The notes: a model not told the origin generated them from the sequence alone. A DNA stretch of 64,000 nucleotides from Thermodesulfobacteriota bacterium (GCA_963675595.2 CAXXLZ010000002.1:160001-224000), one strand, 5' to 3'. Shown: positions 9,352 through 21,689, counted from the stretch's first letter. Translations and numbers: made by a program.

Positions 9352-10230
9352 ATGAACTTCACACGCAGGCAATTCCTCTGCTCCGGCCTGCTGGCCGGAG
9401 CCGCGACCCTGTTGCCCCGATCCATCCTGCAGGCGGCTCCGTCCCAAAACAAGGAACTGCGCATCGCTCTGTGCCATCTGGAGGCCGAGCAGGGGGACAT
9501 TGCCGGTAATCGTTCCCTGGTGGAAAACGCAGTGGAAACCGCCGCGCGGGCCGGCGCCGGCTGGATCGTCACACCGGAATTGTGCGTCCCGGGGTATGGA
9601 TTCGCGGAAAAAATCGGAACGGACTGGATTCGGCCGCAGCCCGGTCCATGGATGCAGGCCATGATGCAACGGGCCGAGGCACTGAAAGTCACCCTCTTCC
9701 TGTCCCATCCCGAACGCGACCCGGCCGCCGGCACGCTCCACAACACCGTGTTCGTCATCGGGTCGAACGGCGGAATCTTGGGAAGCTACCGCAAGATACG
9801 GGCGCTCAAACACGGCGCTGAAGCCTGGTCGTCGCCCGGAACCACCGCCGAACCCATCGAGGTGCCGTCCTTCGGGCGCGTGGGGGTACTCATCTGCGCC
9901 GACGCCTGGAAGCCGGACATCGCCGAGGAGCTTCAGCGCAAAGGAGCCCTCATCCTGGTATCTTCCGCCGCCTGGTCCCCCGGAGAACACGGACCCGGAG
10001 ACGTGTGGGAGCGACGCACCCAAGAAACCGGCATTCCCCTGGTGGTGTGCAACCGTACCGGCATGGACGGGGACACGGACTTCCGCCCATCGGAAAGCAT
10101 CGTGGCCTATCAGGGGCGGCGACTGCACACCTTTCGATCGAAGACCTCGGCCGTGTTCTTGGTGGACTGGAACCCGGACCGCGCCGTTCCCTTCTCCCAA
10201 CCCGGACCCGGCATCGTTCTTGAACGGTGA
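9352..10230 (+). CDS. Tat-exported carbon-nitrogen hydrolase (nitrilase superfamily)
   Basis: Tat signal TRRQFL; catalytic E-K-C triad in TPEL, YRK, ICAD; RBS GGAGG. Confidence 0.88.
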   Translation: MNFTRRQFLCSGLLAGAATLLPRSILQAAPSQNKELRIALCHLEAEQGDIAGNRSLVENAVETAARAGAGWIVTPELCVPGYGFAEKIGTDWIRPQPGPWMQAMMQRAEALKVTLFLSHPERDPAAGTLHNTVFVIGSNGGILGSYRKIRALKHGAEAWSSPGTTAEPIEVPSFGRVGVLICADAWKPDIAEELQRKGALILVSSAAWSPGEHGPGDVWERRTQETGIPLVVCNRTGMDGDTDFRPSESIVAYQGRRLHTFRSKTSAVFLVDWNPDRAVPFSQPGPGIVLER

Positions 10231-10344
10231 AGGAATCATTGAGGCGAAAAACCACTCCGCGGGCCTGCGCTTCCTGCCTCGCCGCTGCGGCGTACCAGGG
10301 GTTCTCCGGGAAGACGGACGCGATCCTTTTTTTAGGAAATTGAA

Positions 10345-10689
10345 ATGAATCAATCGGCATTGAAAAAGGCATACAAACAGACCAAACGACCCATGGGAGT
10401 CTATCGGATCGGAATCGCCGGAGCCAACAAGGTGTATGTCGGCTACGGCACCGATGTTCAGGCGAAAATCAATAGGCACAAAGCTGAATTGAAGTTTGGC
10501 AGTCACCGAAACAGAGAATTGCAGGAAACATGGAATTCATCGGGCGAGTCCGATGTTACATTCGAGGTGCTGGACGTCCTGGATCAAAAGGAGGATTCCC
10601 CATCGAGTCCCGACGATGAACTGCGGATTCTCACGGAAATGTGGATTCAGAAGCTGCTGAAATCGGGGAATTCGGTGGTGCGCCTGTGA
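10345..10689 (+). CDS. Small GIY-YIG nuclease-family protein
   Basis: MGVYRI...KVYVG...NRH...HRNRELQETWN...FEVL pattern. Confidence 0.8.
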   Translation: MNQSALKKAYKQTKRPMGVYRIGIAGANKVYVGYGTDVQAKINRHKAELKFGSHRNRELQETWNSSGESDVTFEVLDVLDQKEDSPSSPDDELRILTEMWIQKLLKSGNSVVRL

Positions 10690-10864
10690 AGAACGGCCCA
10701 CTCGAAGCCGCCCGCCCTCGACCCGGATTGAAGTGGCCGGCTGCGGGAAAAAGGAAGGCAAAGGAAAAGCTCTTTATGCGTGAGTACCTGTTCGCAGGGG
10801 CATTATGACGCCTTCGCCGGGCTGCCGGGTTTTCAGGTTTCCGACGTGCAACCTGCGTTTCTGT

Positions 10865-12888
<2,024 letters not shown>

Positions 12889-12892
12889 GAGC

Positions 12893-13232
12893 ACTCACGG
12901 GGGGGAACTTTTTAAAAAGTTCCCCCGGAGGTCCTGTGACGAATGAGCAGGCATATCCCCGCGTAACACACGGCTTGTGAACAGCCGAACCATCGTTGTA
13001 TGATGAAGATTGTACTCGGTTGGAATGCGATATCCTGCACGACGCTACACACGACGGTCGGCTCATGCGAGGTGTGCGTTCACGGATCCCCAACCATTGG
13101 GCTTTTCGACGAAAGCGTTGCCGCTTGGATGCCGGGATCGGCTTCGTCCCGTCAGGGACGGAGCCCGCAAGGGGGTCCGGGGGAACCGTGTTCCCCCGGG
13201 AAACAATTACAGAAGTTCCCTTCCCCGTGAAT
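12893..13232. repeat. Palindromic repeat doublet with ACTCAC...GTGAAT ends
   Basis: ACTCACGGGGGGGAACTTTTTAAAAAGTTCCCCC at left, TTCCCCGTGAAT at right; same end motif recurs more than 10 times in the window. Confidence 0.7.
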
Positions 13233-13260
13233 GGGTACCGTCCATAAAGGAGGACTTTCC

Positions 13261-15216
13261 ATGGGAACATGGTCCCGGTACGGCGGTTTCATCGCATGGG
13301 TGTTGCTGAGCTGTATTGCGGGTCAGGCACATGCCGCCGCTTCTCTTGAACTATACGGAACCTTCCATGCCATGGGCGTGATCATCACCCTGGATCCCGG
13401 CGACGATTCCGACCTGGACGCCGCAGCTCAGATCGAATATCGCAGCGGAACCGAGTCCTTTCGACCGGGGTTTCCTTTGAGCCGTGTGTCGGATACCCGC
13501 TTTGTCGGGAGCCTGTTCTCCCTCGAACCGGGAACCGCCTATGAAGTCCGAGTGACCCTCGCCGACCCCGACGGACCGCCCCTCAACGGCGTCATCGTAT
13601 CGGGCACGGCCTCCACCAGGGCTGAAATTCACATTCCGGACCCCAAAAAAGTCTATTACGTCGCGCCCGACGGGAGCGGCTCTTCGTGCACCCTGTCAAC
13701 CCCCTGTGCGTTGACCTACGCCGTTGCTCAAGCCCAGGCGGGCGAAGCGGTGTTCCTGCGGGGCGGCACCTATTCCACCGGGGATATCAGCCCGCCTCGA
13801 TCCGGCACGGCCGACGAGCCCATCGTCATCCGCGCTTATCCCGGCGAAACCGCCGTGTTGGACGGTTCCGACCCGGATTCCGACCAATTTGCCTGGTCCC
13901 CCTATCAGAACGGCGTGTACACCGCCACGGTGAATGCCGCGAACCCCCATTACATCACGGCCGACGGAGTTCGACTCTTCCCTTATGACGACCTGACCGA
14001 CCTTGAGCAGCTCGCCCGCGACGGCATGCCCGGATTCTATGCGACCGGGACCACCTTGTACGTACACCTGGCCGGGGATGAAAACCCGTCCGGCGTCTCC
14101 ATGGTCATCTCCCGCTTCGGCAACGCCTTCTACGTGGAGCAGGACTACCTCTTCTTCTTGAATCTGACCTTCCGTTACTACGGCCAGGGCGATTATCCCA
14201 AAGTGTTCTATCTGAACAATGCCGGGAACACCCTCATCGACGGCTGCACCTTTGAAAACAACGACCTGGGCATCGGCATCAAACGCAATTCAAATCGCAA
14301 TGTCATCCAGAACAACGTTTTTTCCGACGTGATCTTCCAATGGCCCTGGGACCATATCAAAGACACGGGCGGGTTGGAGGACGGCGGCATTGCGTTTTAC
14401 GAGCCGGTGGACGGCCGCGGGAACATTATCCGGCGCAATACGTTTCACGATGATTTCGACGGATTCGGTGCGTGCCCCGGTTCGTCCTCAGCCGTGACCA
14501 ATGAAACCGATGTTTATGAGAATCTGGTCTACAACATGGGCGACGACGGCATGGAGACCGACGGTCACTGCAGCAACGTCAGAATCTGGGGCAATGTGTT
14601 CCACGACGTGCTCATGGGGATTTCCCTGGCCCCCACCTATGTGGGCCCGACCTACGCCATCCGCAACGTGATCTATCGCACCGGCGTGGGAAACAACTCC
14701 TACAGCGGAAGCCCGTTCAAGTTCAACAGCGGTTACGCCCAATCCGGGCCCATGTATCTGTTCCACAACACGGCGGATGCCGCCCTGCCCGGCAACAACG
14801 GTTTGTACGTCAAGGTTCCCGGTACCTGGACCATGATCTACGCTCGCAACAATATCTGGTGCGGCACCGACTATGCCGTCAACAACGTCAATACCGGCCA
14901 ACCCATGGATCTGGACTACGATGACCTGTACAACGGAAGTACGAGTCGCTTGGTGTATTGGACCCCCGGACGCTACGATACATTGGCCGAATTTACGGCT
15001 GCCACCGGCCAAGAAACCCATGGCCTGTCTTCCGCCCCGGGTTTCAAGGACCCCGAAAGCGGCGATTACCGTTTATCCGCGTCGAGCGCCTTGATCGACC
15101 AAGGAGTAGTCATTCCGGGCATCAACTCCGACTATCGGGGAAGCGCGCCCGACCTCGGCGCCTATGAGTGCACGTATTCCTTTCCCGCAATCTACATTCT
15201 GCTTGTTGATGAATAA
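13261..15216 (+). CDS. Secreted right-handed beta-helix (pectin-lyase-like) protein with N-terminal FnIII-like domain
   Basis: Signal peptide ending AHA; LEPGTAYEVRV; YYVAPDGSG, LRGGTY, AYPGE; Asn/Gly-rich beta-helix repeats; APDLGAYE terminus. Confidence 0.85.
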   Translation: MGTWSRYGGFIAWVLLSCIAGQAHAAASLELYGTFHAMGVIITLDPGDDSDLDAAAQIEYRSGTESFRPGFPLSRVSDTRFVGSLFSLEPGTAYEVRVTLADPDGPPLNGVIVSGTASTRAEIHIPDPKKVYYVAPDGSGSSCTLSTPCALTYAVAQAQAGEAVFLRGGTYSTGDISPPRSGTADEPIVIRAYPGETAVLDGSDPDSDQFAWSPYQNGVYTATVNAANPHYITADGVRLFPYDDLTDLEQLARDGMPGFYATGTTLYVHLAGDENPSGVSMVISRFGNAFYVEQDYLFFLNLTFRYYGQGDYPKVFYLNNAGNTLIDGCTFENNDLGIGIKRNSNRNVIQNNVFSDVIFQWPWDHIKDTGGLEDGGIAFYEPVDGRGNIIRRNTFHDDFDGFGACPGSSSAVTNETDVYENLVYNMGDDGMETDGHCSNVRIWGNVFHDVLMGISLAPTYVGPTYAIRNVIYRTGVGNNSYSGSPFKFNSGYAQSGPMYLFHNTADAALPGNNGLYVKVPGTWTMIYARNNIWCGTDYAVNNVNTGQPMDLDYDDLYNGSTSRLVYWTPGRYDTLAEFTAATGQETHGLSSAPGFKDPESGDYRLSASSALIDQGVVIPGINSDYRGSAPDLGAYECTYSFPAIYILLVDE

Positions 15217-15226
15217 TATCATGAAC

Positions 15227-15317
15227 ATTTACGGGGGGGGCCTTTTGAAAAAGTCCCCCCCGTGCCCCCCGCCAAACCTCTCAAGCGAGCCTCACCGCCT
15301 TCGGCGGAGAGGCTCGG
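15227..15317. repeat. Palindromic repeat (ATTTAC end, hairpin, CCTCACCGCCTTCGGCGGAGAGG)
   Basis: Similar to copies at 18360, 19274, 20979 and 40510. Confidence 0.7.
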
Positions 15318-15441
15318 GTAATGCAACGACAACAGCATTCGCCCGAAACCCGGACGCTGATTCAGGAGGCGAATTCTTCTTCGGCCGAACGTCCATTTAA
15401 AGAGTGTTCCGATTCATGTCGTTCAAGGGAGACCTGCATTC

Positions 15442-17505
15442 CTACCATTTGAAATCAAGCCCCGCGTACAAAAACCGGCCCGGTTCGTTCACCACGGCCG
15501 GAGTCGCGCCCGATCCCCCGATGACGTCCCATTCATAGGAATTCACCACCGCGTACTTCCGATCGAACAGATTGTCCACGCCGAGGTTGAGGGTCCATGA
15601 CCGGAAGCGACATCCCAGTCGCAGGTTTACGATATCCCACGATGAAAGGCGTTTTTCGCCCGCGTCCGCATCCACATCGTCGGCCGCGTTGGAATGCACC
15701 CATTCGGCGGTTCCGTATAGTCCCGCATCGTCCACGCCGAACGCATGATCGTTGTTGTAGTTCAGCGCCACCCGGCTCTTGAGCGGCGCTATCTGGCCGA
15801 GATCGTCGTCATCGTTGTTGTCCGGTCGGCTCTCCTTGCGTCCGCGCTGGACAGCCACTCCTCCGTCCAGCGAAAAGTCGTAGAACAGATCCACGGCGGC
15901 CTTGACGTCTCCTCCGTAAATGTACGCATCGATATTGGTATAGGTCTTGTAGCCCCCGAGGTTGTTTTCCTGATAAATGTAATCCTCCAGGTAGGAGTAG
16001 AATCCCTTGGCCTGAAACATCCAGCGTCCGCTTTCAAATCGGACGCCCAGGTCCGCTTCCGTGTTGGCCGTGGGTTCCAGTTCGGGGTTGCCGAAAAAGC
16101 TGGAACCACCCTGTATATAACGCTCGCAGGACGTGGGAGTGCGATAACTGCGCCCGATGCCGCCGAAGAGCGAGGCTTGGTCCGTCAGGAAAACCTTGGC
16201 CGACACATGTCCCCCGATCATATGATCCACCCGGCGGTTCTTGCCGGAAACGGTCCGGCTCCATACGAGTTCCTCGTCCGCTTCCTGCCGGAATCGATCG
16301 TATCGCAGACCCACGCTCAAAACCCAACGCTCGAACGATTTTTCAGCCTGCAGGTAGGTTCCCACGTTCAGACTTTGCACCGAGGGAATGAGATTGTCGT
16401 TGAGCAAAGCCCCCGTCTCGCTGTTGTATACGTCCCCCCACCAGTCGCGGTGATAAAAGTCCACGCCGTAGGTCAAGATCGCGAAATCCGCGTCCGTTAC
16501 GTTCTGGATACCGCCGCCGGTAATGACGGATTCGACTTCGTTGCTTTTGGGCACGGCCACGTCTCGGTATTCCTGAAACGGGTAGTGTTCCACGGCGTTT
16601 CGATAAAAGGAAACGGTCAGCTTTTCCGACAGGCCGCCGAGGTCCCGCATCTCCCAGCGCGCCCGGGTAAGGTGGGTAATCTCCTTTTCCGTGTCGAACA
16701 CGACCCGGGGCGTGAGGATATCCTCGGCTCTGCCGTAACTGTGCTCCAGCAGGATGGTGTGCTGGTCGTTGGGAGTGAACCGCAGAGCGCCCCACGCATC
16801 GTGCTTCCGGAATGCTTTTGCGTCGCACCCCTCGGCGTTGTACGGAGCGGCCAGACCTTCCCGCACTTTCCACAGACGATCGCCGTCACCGTCCTCATAC
16901 TGCTCGGACTCGGAATAATTGTAGCCCAGAAGCCCCTGGGCCGTTTGAGTACCGCCGGAAGTCGTCAGGCCGCCGCTGTAAAATCCGTAGCTGCCGGCCT
17001 TCCCGAGAATCTCGCCGTTAAAGCCCGGCCCGGGTTCTTTGGTGATCACGTCCACGTATCCCCCGAGACAGCCCGGTTTCTTCACATCGAACGGGCCTTC
17101 CTGAACGATCAGCTTTCGGACCTTCAACATATTGATGTGAGAAAGGGACGGGTCCTTGCGGCTGCCGCAGGCGCCCTCGAGAATACCTCCATCGATCATG
17201 ACCTTCATGTTTTCCTGTCCGAAGCCGCGCATGGAAATTTCGTTTCCGTAGACGCTCTTGCGGATCATCTGAACTTCCACCAGTTCGTCCGCCAGGATTT
17301 CAGCCAGGTCGACCACCTTGTGCGTCCTGAGAGCCCGGCTCTCGATCTCTTGTTGGTCGTCCGATTCCTTGGCGGCGTTGACCACCACGGTATCCAGCTG
17401 AATCACACCCCCGTCGTCCACGTCCTTTAATTCACCCGCCTGCAAAAGCCCGGCGGACAGGCAGATCACCAGGCCCGCCGCAAGGGCGTTTCTTATCCAA
17501 TTCAT
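15442..17505 (-). CDS. TonB-dependent receptor, OprC-like plug (probable metal uptake)
   Basis: Signal peptide, TonB box LDTVVVNA, plug [31 protein letters not shown]-terminal aromatic W. Confidence 0.9.
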   Translation of the reverse strand: MNWIRNALAAGLVICLSAGLLQAGELKDVDDGGVIQLDTVVVNAAKESDDQQEIESRALRTHKVVDLAEILADELVEVQMIRKSVYGNEISMRGFGQENMKVMIDGGILEGACGSRKDPSLSHINMLKVRKLIVQEGPFDVKKPGCLGGYVDVITKEPGPGFNGEILGKAGSYGFYSGGLTTSGGTQTAQGLLGYNYSESEQYEDGDGDRLWKVREGLAAPYNAEGCDAKAFRKHDAWGALRFTPNDQHTILLEHSYGRAEDILTPRVVFDTEKEITHLTRARWEMRDLGGLSEKLTVSFYRNAVEHYPFQEYRDVAVPKSNEVESVITGGGIQNVTDADFAILTYGVDFYHRDWWGDVYNSETGALLNDNLIPSVQSLNVGTYLQAEKSFERWVLSVGLRYDRFRQEADEELVWSRTVSGKNRRVDHMIGGHVSAKVFLTDQASLFGGIGRSYRTPTSCERYIQGGSSFFGNPELEPTANTEADLGVRFESGRWMFQAKGFYSYLEDYIYQENNLGGYKTYTNIDAYIYGGDVKAAVDLFYDFSLDGGVAVQRGRKESRPDNNDDDDLGQIAPLKSRVALNYNNDHAFGVDDAGLYGTAEWVHSNAADDVDADAGEKRLSSWDIVNLRLGCRFRSWTLNLGVDNLFDRKYAVVNSYEWDVIGGSGATPAVVNEPGRFLYAGLDFKW

Positions 17506-17609
17506 GAATATCCCTCCCGTCGCGCGGAAAGGCGCACGGAGACGCTTGGCCGCAATCACGCACACGGCTCCCCCATGGCGTATTTCCACACAGTTGAAAC
17601 GGTATCGAT

Positions 17610-17854
17610 TGGTGCCGGCTCACGTGAGCTTCTTCGCCGATTCAGCGCATTCAGACCGCCGAGTCCTCGGCGAAAACTGCGGTGATTACGGACCCGACAA
17701 TTGATACACAGAGAGCGCCCAACCCCGGCTGCAGCGCGCAAGCAAGCGACCCGCTCAATAAGTTTTGGATGGGGTGCGGGCAAACCTTTTTCAAAAGGTT
17801 TACCCGCCTACCCTGTGAATAGACACACTCTTTGAAAAGTTCCCCCCCGTGAAT
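17610..17854. repeat. ~210-bp repeat (family 2, inverted) plus a second truncated end
   Basis: Reverse complement resembles 36004-36097 and 41989-42200; GTGAAT ends at 17815-17820 and 17849-17854. Confidence 0.7.
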
Positions 17855-17907
17855 GCGTCCGAATGGATACTCGGATCGTTGTCGGGACCGTCTGATAAAC
17901 AGGGGGA

Positions 17908-18342
17908 TCAGCAGGCCGGAGGCGCGCGAGGAAAGACGCTGGAAGAGAAGGGCCTCTCCGCGACGTGTTCATCCCGGCACGGCGCGGTCGGGCGGAAAGC
18001 CGGTTTGGCGAAGGCGACCGTTGCAGGAATCAGCCAACCGTTCTTCAGCAGTTGGGTGAACGTCCGGCATAGCGGACAGGTTGACGGATCATGCTCCCGG
18101 CCCCCCGGGTTCGGCAAGCCCTTTACGACGGCGCCCTCGTTTCCCGGGGCATGACGGACCGTTTCACCGTGAAGCGAATGAACGGAAGCGAAATGGATAC
18201 GTTGCGTGCAGGAAGCGTGACGGCAGGTGTGGTGGTGATCGCATACCACGAGATGCAACGCGTGAAACAGAGGCGAAACCGCCAACAGCAGCGCCGCCGT
18301 CATGCAAAGAGCCCGGCCGGCTATGACGGGGATTCGTGGCAT
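17908..18342 (-). CDS. His/Cys-rich putative metal-binding protein (DUF2946-like)
   Basis: N-terminal hydrophobic stretch, HALH...DHHH, HDPSTCPLC, C-terminal PRAPP; upstream of the TonB receptor on the same strand. Confidence 0.7.
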   Translation of the reverse strand: MPRIPVIAGRALCMTAALLLAVSPLFHALHLVVCDHHHTCRHASCTQRIHFASVHSLHGETVRHAPGNEGAVVKGLPNPGGREHDPSTCPLCRTFTQLLKNGWLIPATVAFAKPAFRPTAPCRDEHVAERPFSSSVFPRAPPAC

Positions 18343-18359
18343 GTTTCCATCCGTTACTC

Positions 18360-18572
18360 ATTCTCGGGGGAGGACTTTCGGGAAAGTCCTCCCCCGACCC
18401 CCCCCCAAAGCGCATTGGGCAGGCCTCACCGCCTTCGGCGGAGAGGCTGCGGAAAAATTCAGGTTTTCTCAACCATTCCCAACGTTCCTTACCTCTGCTG
18501 AATCAGCAAAGATCCTCCCAAGCTCGGCTTTGTCCGGGAAAGGACGGACCCTCGTTTCGCTCTTGCGAATCG
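18360..18572. repeat. ~210-bp MITE-like repeat (family 1)
   Basis: Clearly alignable over its length with 40510-40722 (GGGGGAGGACTTTCGGGAAAGTCCTCCCCC...AAAAATTCAGGTTT...CATTCCCAACGTTCC...TTGCGAATCG). Confidence 0.85.
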
Positions 18573-18721
18573 GTTAGGGAATTCATCATACGAGCGGCAG
18601 GTGACCGTACAACATATCCAAATAATTAAAGTTTTTTGAAAGGAGCCCAAGGGAGCCCTTTCTTCAAAAAAGGTTCCCTCGGATACCCCTCTGCATGCTC
18701 ACAACGAATTTCCATCGTACG

Positions 18722-18790
18722 AATGCGAATGCATTTGCATTATACGATCCGCCCGCTCAGGTCAATGATTATTGCAAAGCCACTTGCAAT
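18722..18790. promoter_or_regulatory. Candidate Fur/Zur-family operator palindromes
   Basis: AATGCGAATGCATTTGCATT (18722-18741) and ATTGCAA-N6-TTGCAAT (18771-18790) in the divergent promoter region. Confidence 0.5.
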
Positions 18791-18832
18791 AAGGCCCGCA
18801 GACGTCTATCATCAGTTGCAAAGGTACGGATC

Positions 18833-19225
18833 ATGAAGCGAAAAACATCCCAAAGAGCGGCCATTGAGCAGGTCTTCCGCCAACAGGACCGCCCGCTCCG
18901 CATTGATGAAATCCTCCAGCACGGCCGCGCCGTGGTACCGTCCTTGAACCAGGCCACCGTCTACCGCAATCTCAAGCTCCTGGTGGAAGACGGATGGCTC
19001 GCCCTTATCAGTCATCCGTCGCTGGGCACGTTTTACGAGCGCGCGGGCAAAGGACACCATCACCATTTCCATTGCCGAGGCTGCAATCGTCTTTTCGAGC
19101 TTCCCGGTTGCGCGCTGAATCTAGCCGAGGCCGCACCCAAAGGATTTGTATTGGAGGATCACCTGATCTACCTATCCGGCGTGTGTCCCACTTGCGCTTT
19201 GGGCGGCCGCCAAAACCACGGCTGA
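18833..19225 (+). CDS. Fur-family transcriptional repressor (Zur/Nur-like)
   Basis: [28 protein letters not shown]-terminal CPTC. Confidence 0.9.
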   Translation: MKRKTSQRAAIEQVFRQQDRPLRIDEILQHGRAVVPSLNQATVYRNLKLLVEDGWLALISHPSLGTFYERAGKGHHHHFHCRGCNRLFELPGCALNLAEAAPKGFVLEDHLIYLSGVCPTCALGGRQNHG

Positions 19226-19273
19226 TCCCGAGCGCCGTCCCCTGCTTTGTCCCGCATGAAAGCCGACGCAAGC

Positions 19274-19426
19274 ATTGACGTGGGAGGACTTTCGAGAAAG
19301 TCCTCCCACGCGCCCCCTTTCAAAGCCCTTTGGGCGAGCCTCACCGCCGCCGGCGGGGAGGCCCGGTTAAAACGTTTGGAAGGGGGCGCACGGGGGGGAA
19401 CTTTTTTAAAAGTTCCCCCCGTGAAT
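19274..19426. repeat. Palindromic repeat doublet ATTGAC...GTGAAT
   Basis: Two inverted hairpin units (GTGGGAGGACTTTCGAGAAAGTCCTCCCAC; GGGGGGAACTTTTTTAAAAGTTCCCCCC) around a central CCGCCGCCGGCGG hairpin. Confidence 0.8.
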
Positions 19427-19611
19427 AATTACGATGAATGTACGGAAGGGAATCGGTATGGGGTTCCCCCATTTACGGCATTCCACCGCCACTTTCATCA
19501 CTCCCAAGACACGAAAAGTGCAAAAATTTGGCAAAAAAGTGCAAGCAATTTGCGGGGAGGGGGGCTATAGGTGAACTCCATATTTCGCCACATTTGCATT
19601 CAATCATTTTT

Positions 19612-19722
19612 GAGACAAAGCCACACCCCGGGTGACCGGGGGCCGGAAAGCCACGGGTCCTGAGGACACGGGATAAGAAGTCGAATCGATTCTCTCCCGA
19701 ATCCGGACAGCCGGGTTGCCGC
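19612..19722 (+). ncRNA. Cyclic dinucleotide riboswitch class I (c-di-GMP-I/GEMM)
   Basis: GACAAAGCCACA, P2 CCCCGG-GTGA-CCGGGG with GNRA loop, CGGAAAGCCACGGGTCC...GGACAGCCGGGTTGCCG; matches the GEMM-I layout. Confidence 0.8.
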
Positions 19723-20203
19723 ATGACGCATGCGACCCGGCTGTTTGCATTTCGGGTCCGATGAAAACGCACAGGGTTTCAGCTTGGGGAAGGAGGTGCC
19801 CTGGAAACGGATACCTTTAGTGCATAAAAGAGAAGGCCCGCATGCCTCCGCCAAGACGCTCTGCGGGCCTTCGAGGGACGCGCCGACGCCGACGGCGGGC
19901 ACGCAGTCCGCTTCCCGGCGGAAGCGAAGTATCTCATTTTAGCCCCCCCTGCCGTTGGCGTCAACCCGGCCGGAGATCACTCTCCTCGCTTCTTCTCCCT
20001 GCGTCCCAGTGACGAAACATGACGCGCAACGCCGCAGGTCGCGTTTTCCGGCGGCCTGCCGGCGTGATCATGCGGTGATCGTGTTCGGAAACTCCCACCG
20101 CGCGGCGAACGCCCTGCCGCGGCGGGAAGAAAGTGGAAACGACGGTTCATCAACCAACAGATCCGGAGCTGTACGCAACCCAACAACAGGGGAGGGAAAA
20201 AAG

Positions 20204-20890
20204 ATGAAAAGCACGAAGATTCTCAAGATTTCGGTTCTGATGATGCTATGGGTCGCCGCGCTCGCCTGGCCGGTCTCGTCGGCTCAGGCCACGCCCTATT
20301 ACTTCACGGGTGCAAACGGCGCGAGCGCCTGGATTGAGGTGGATGCCTGGGCGGGCACCGGAGCAAACGAAACGATTCTGGTCGTGGACTGGAACATCTA
20401 TTCAGGTCCCTACCAAACCGAAGCGCACGCGTTCGGCTTCCGCTGGGACGGCACGGCGTACGAATCGGATCTGCTCAACGCATTGAACGATGCCGGCGTA
20501 TTCACCGTGACCTCCAGCTATGGTGGGGCGTTCCTCGATGATATCGTCTACGACGACGGTGTCGATCTCCATACGCACGCCGACGAACCGGGAAGCTGGA
20601 ATCTCGCAAGTACCGACGATCCCTACGCCCAATGGGGCACCTGGGGGGATGGAAACGGGCTGGGTGACTGGTACCCCAATACCGCCGGCTTTAACGCCGA
20701 GTTGCTCGCAGATGGTCAGCTCGAGGGCATCAACGCGATTGCGTGGTTCAGCGGGGACCCCAACGCGTATTACCTGGATGTTCCTTATTCCGCCCCCGTA
20801 CCCGTTCCGCCGTCACTCATCTTGATGCTCAGCGGCCTCATGGGCACGGGTGGGCTTAGGTTTATACTCCGCAGACGACGATTAAGCTAG
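20204..20890 (+). CDS. PEP-CTERM/VPLPA-CTERM type surface protein
   Basis: Signal peptide ending AQA; C-terminal APVPVPPS + TM helix + RRRR; RBS GGAGG. Confidence 0.85.
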   Translation: MKSTKILKISVLMMLWVAALAWPVSSAQATPYYFTGANGASAWIEVDAWAGTGANETILVVDWNIYSGPYQTEAHAFGFRWDGTAYESDLLNALNDAGVFTVTSSYGGAFLDDIVYDDGVDLHTHADEPGSWNLASTDDPYAQWGTWGDGNGLGDWYPNTAGFNAELLADGQLEGINAIAWFSGDPNAYYLDVPYSAPVPVPPSLILMLSGLMGTGGLRFILRRRRLS

Positions 20891-20909
20891 ACGGCTGATC
20901 CTGCCGCCC

Positions 20910-20942
20910 AAGGGACGGTGCACACCGTCCCTTCGGTCTTTC
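20910..20942 (+). terminator. Probable intrinsic terminator
   Basis: AAGGGACGGTG-CA-CACCGTCCCTT hairpin followed by CGGTCTTT. Confidence 0.55.
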
Positions 20943-20978
20943 AGGTCCGCCTATGCAATGATCCAGTCTGTTGTATTT

Positions 20979-21066
20979 GTTCACGGGGGGAACTTCTGAA
21001 AAAGTGCCCCCCGTGCGCCCCCCTCTAAACGTTTCAGGCAGACCCCACCGCCTTCGGCGGAGAGGC
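20979..21066. repeat. Palindromic repeat (GTTCAC end)
   Basis: GTTCACGGGGGGAACTTCTGAAAAAGTGCCCCCCGTG...CACCGCCTTCGGCGGAGAGG. Confidence 0.75.
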
Positions 21067-21261
21067 GCCCTGCATCATGTCTTGTGATCGCCGAAACCGC
21101 CGTTGTATGATGGTGATCGGTTCCATTTTGCAGGCAGCCTCATTGCCGCGTCAGGATGCAGGGATCGTTGGAAATTCAAGAGAAAGCCCGTTCCGATTTG
21201 GACGGGGAACGCTGCAGGGCGTCCTGCTCCCTTCGGTCAACCGTATATCGGGAGATGAACC

Positions 21262-21468
21262 ATGAGAGAGTTCAGCGTCATCATTGAAAGGGATGAGGAG
21301 GGTTTTTTCGTCGCCTCGGTCCCGGCCCTTCCGGGATGCCATACTCAGGCCAAGTCTCTCGACACCTTGATGAAAAGGATCAAAGAAGCCATTGAGCTGT
21401 GCCTTGAGGTGGAACAACCCGTATCCAACGAATTCATCGGCGTCCAAAAAGTCGCCGTCGGTTCATGA
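21262..21468 (+). CDS. hicB: HicB-family antitoxin (short form)
   Basis: FSVIIERDEEG...VPALPGCHTQAKSLDTL...IKEAIELCL. Confidence 0.88.
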   Translation: MREFSVIIERDEEGFFVASVPALPGCHTQAKSLDTLMKRIKEAIELCLEVEQPVSNEFIGVQKVAVGS

Positions 21469-21689
21469 CCGATTTTCCATCCCTAACCGGCGGTCGGCTC
21501 ATCCGAGTGCTACGCAAATTCGGATTCCAAGTGATTCGAGTGAAGGGAAGCCATCACTTCCTTCAACATGAAGACGGTCGCCGCACCGTGGTGCCTCTGC
21601 ACCGGGGAGAGATCATCGGTCCCGGCCTGCTTGCCCGAGTTTTGCGGAACTGCGAACTCTCCAAGGAAGAACTTCGAGAGAAGCTCTAA
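21465..21689 (+). CDS. hicA: HicA-family toxin
   Basis: LRKFGF...RVKGSH...TVVPLH; ATGA overlap with hicB. Confidence 0.88.
   Translation: MTDFPSLTGGRLIRVLRKFGFQVIRVKGSHHFLQHEDGRRTVVPLHRGEIIGPGLLARVLRNCELSKEELREKL

Noticed and set aside
19730-20200. Cobalamin riboswitch upstream of the PEP-CTERM gene
   Set aside because: No B12-box or GGGAA...GCCACTG core found
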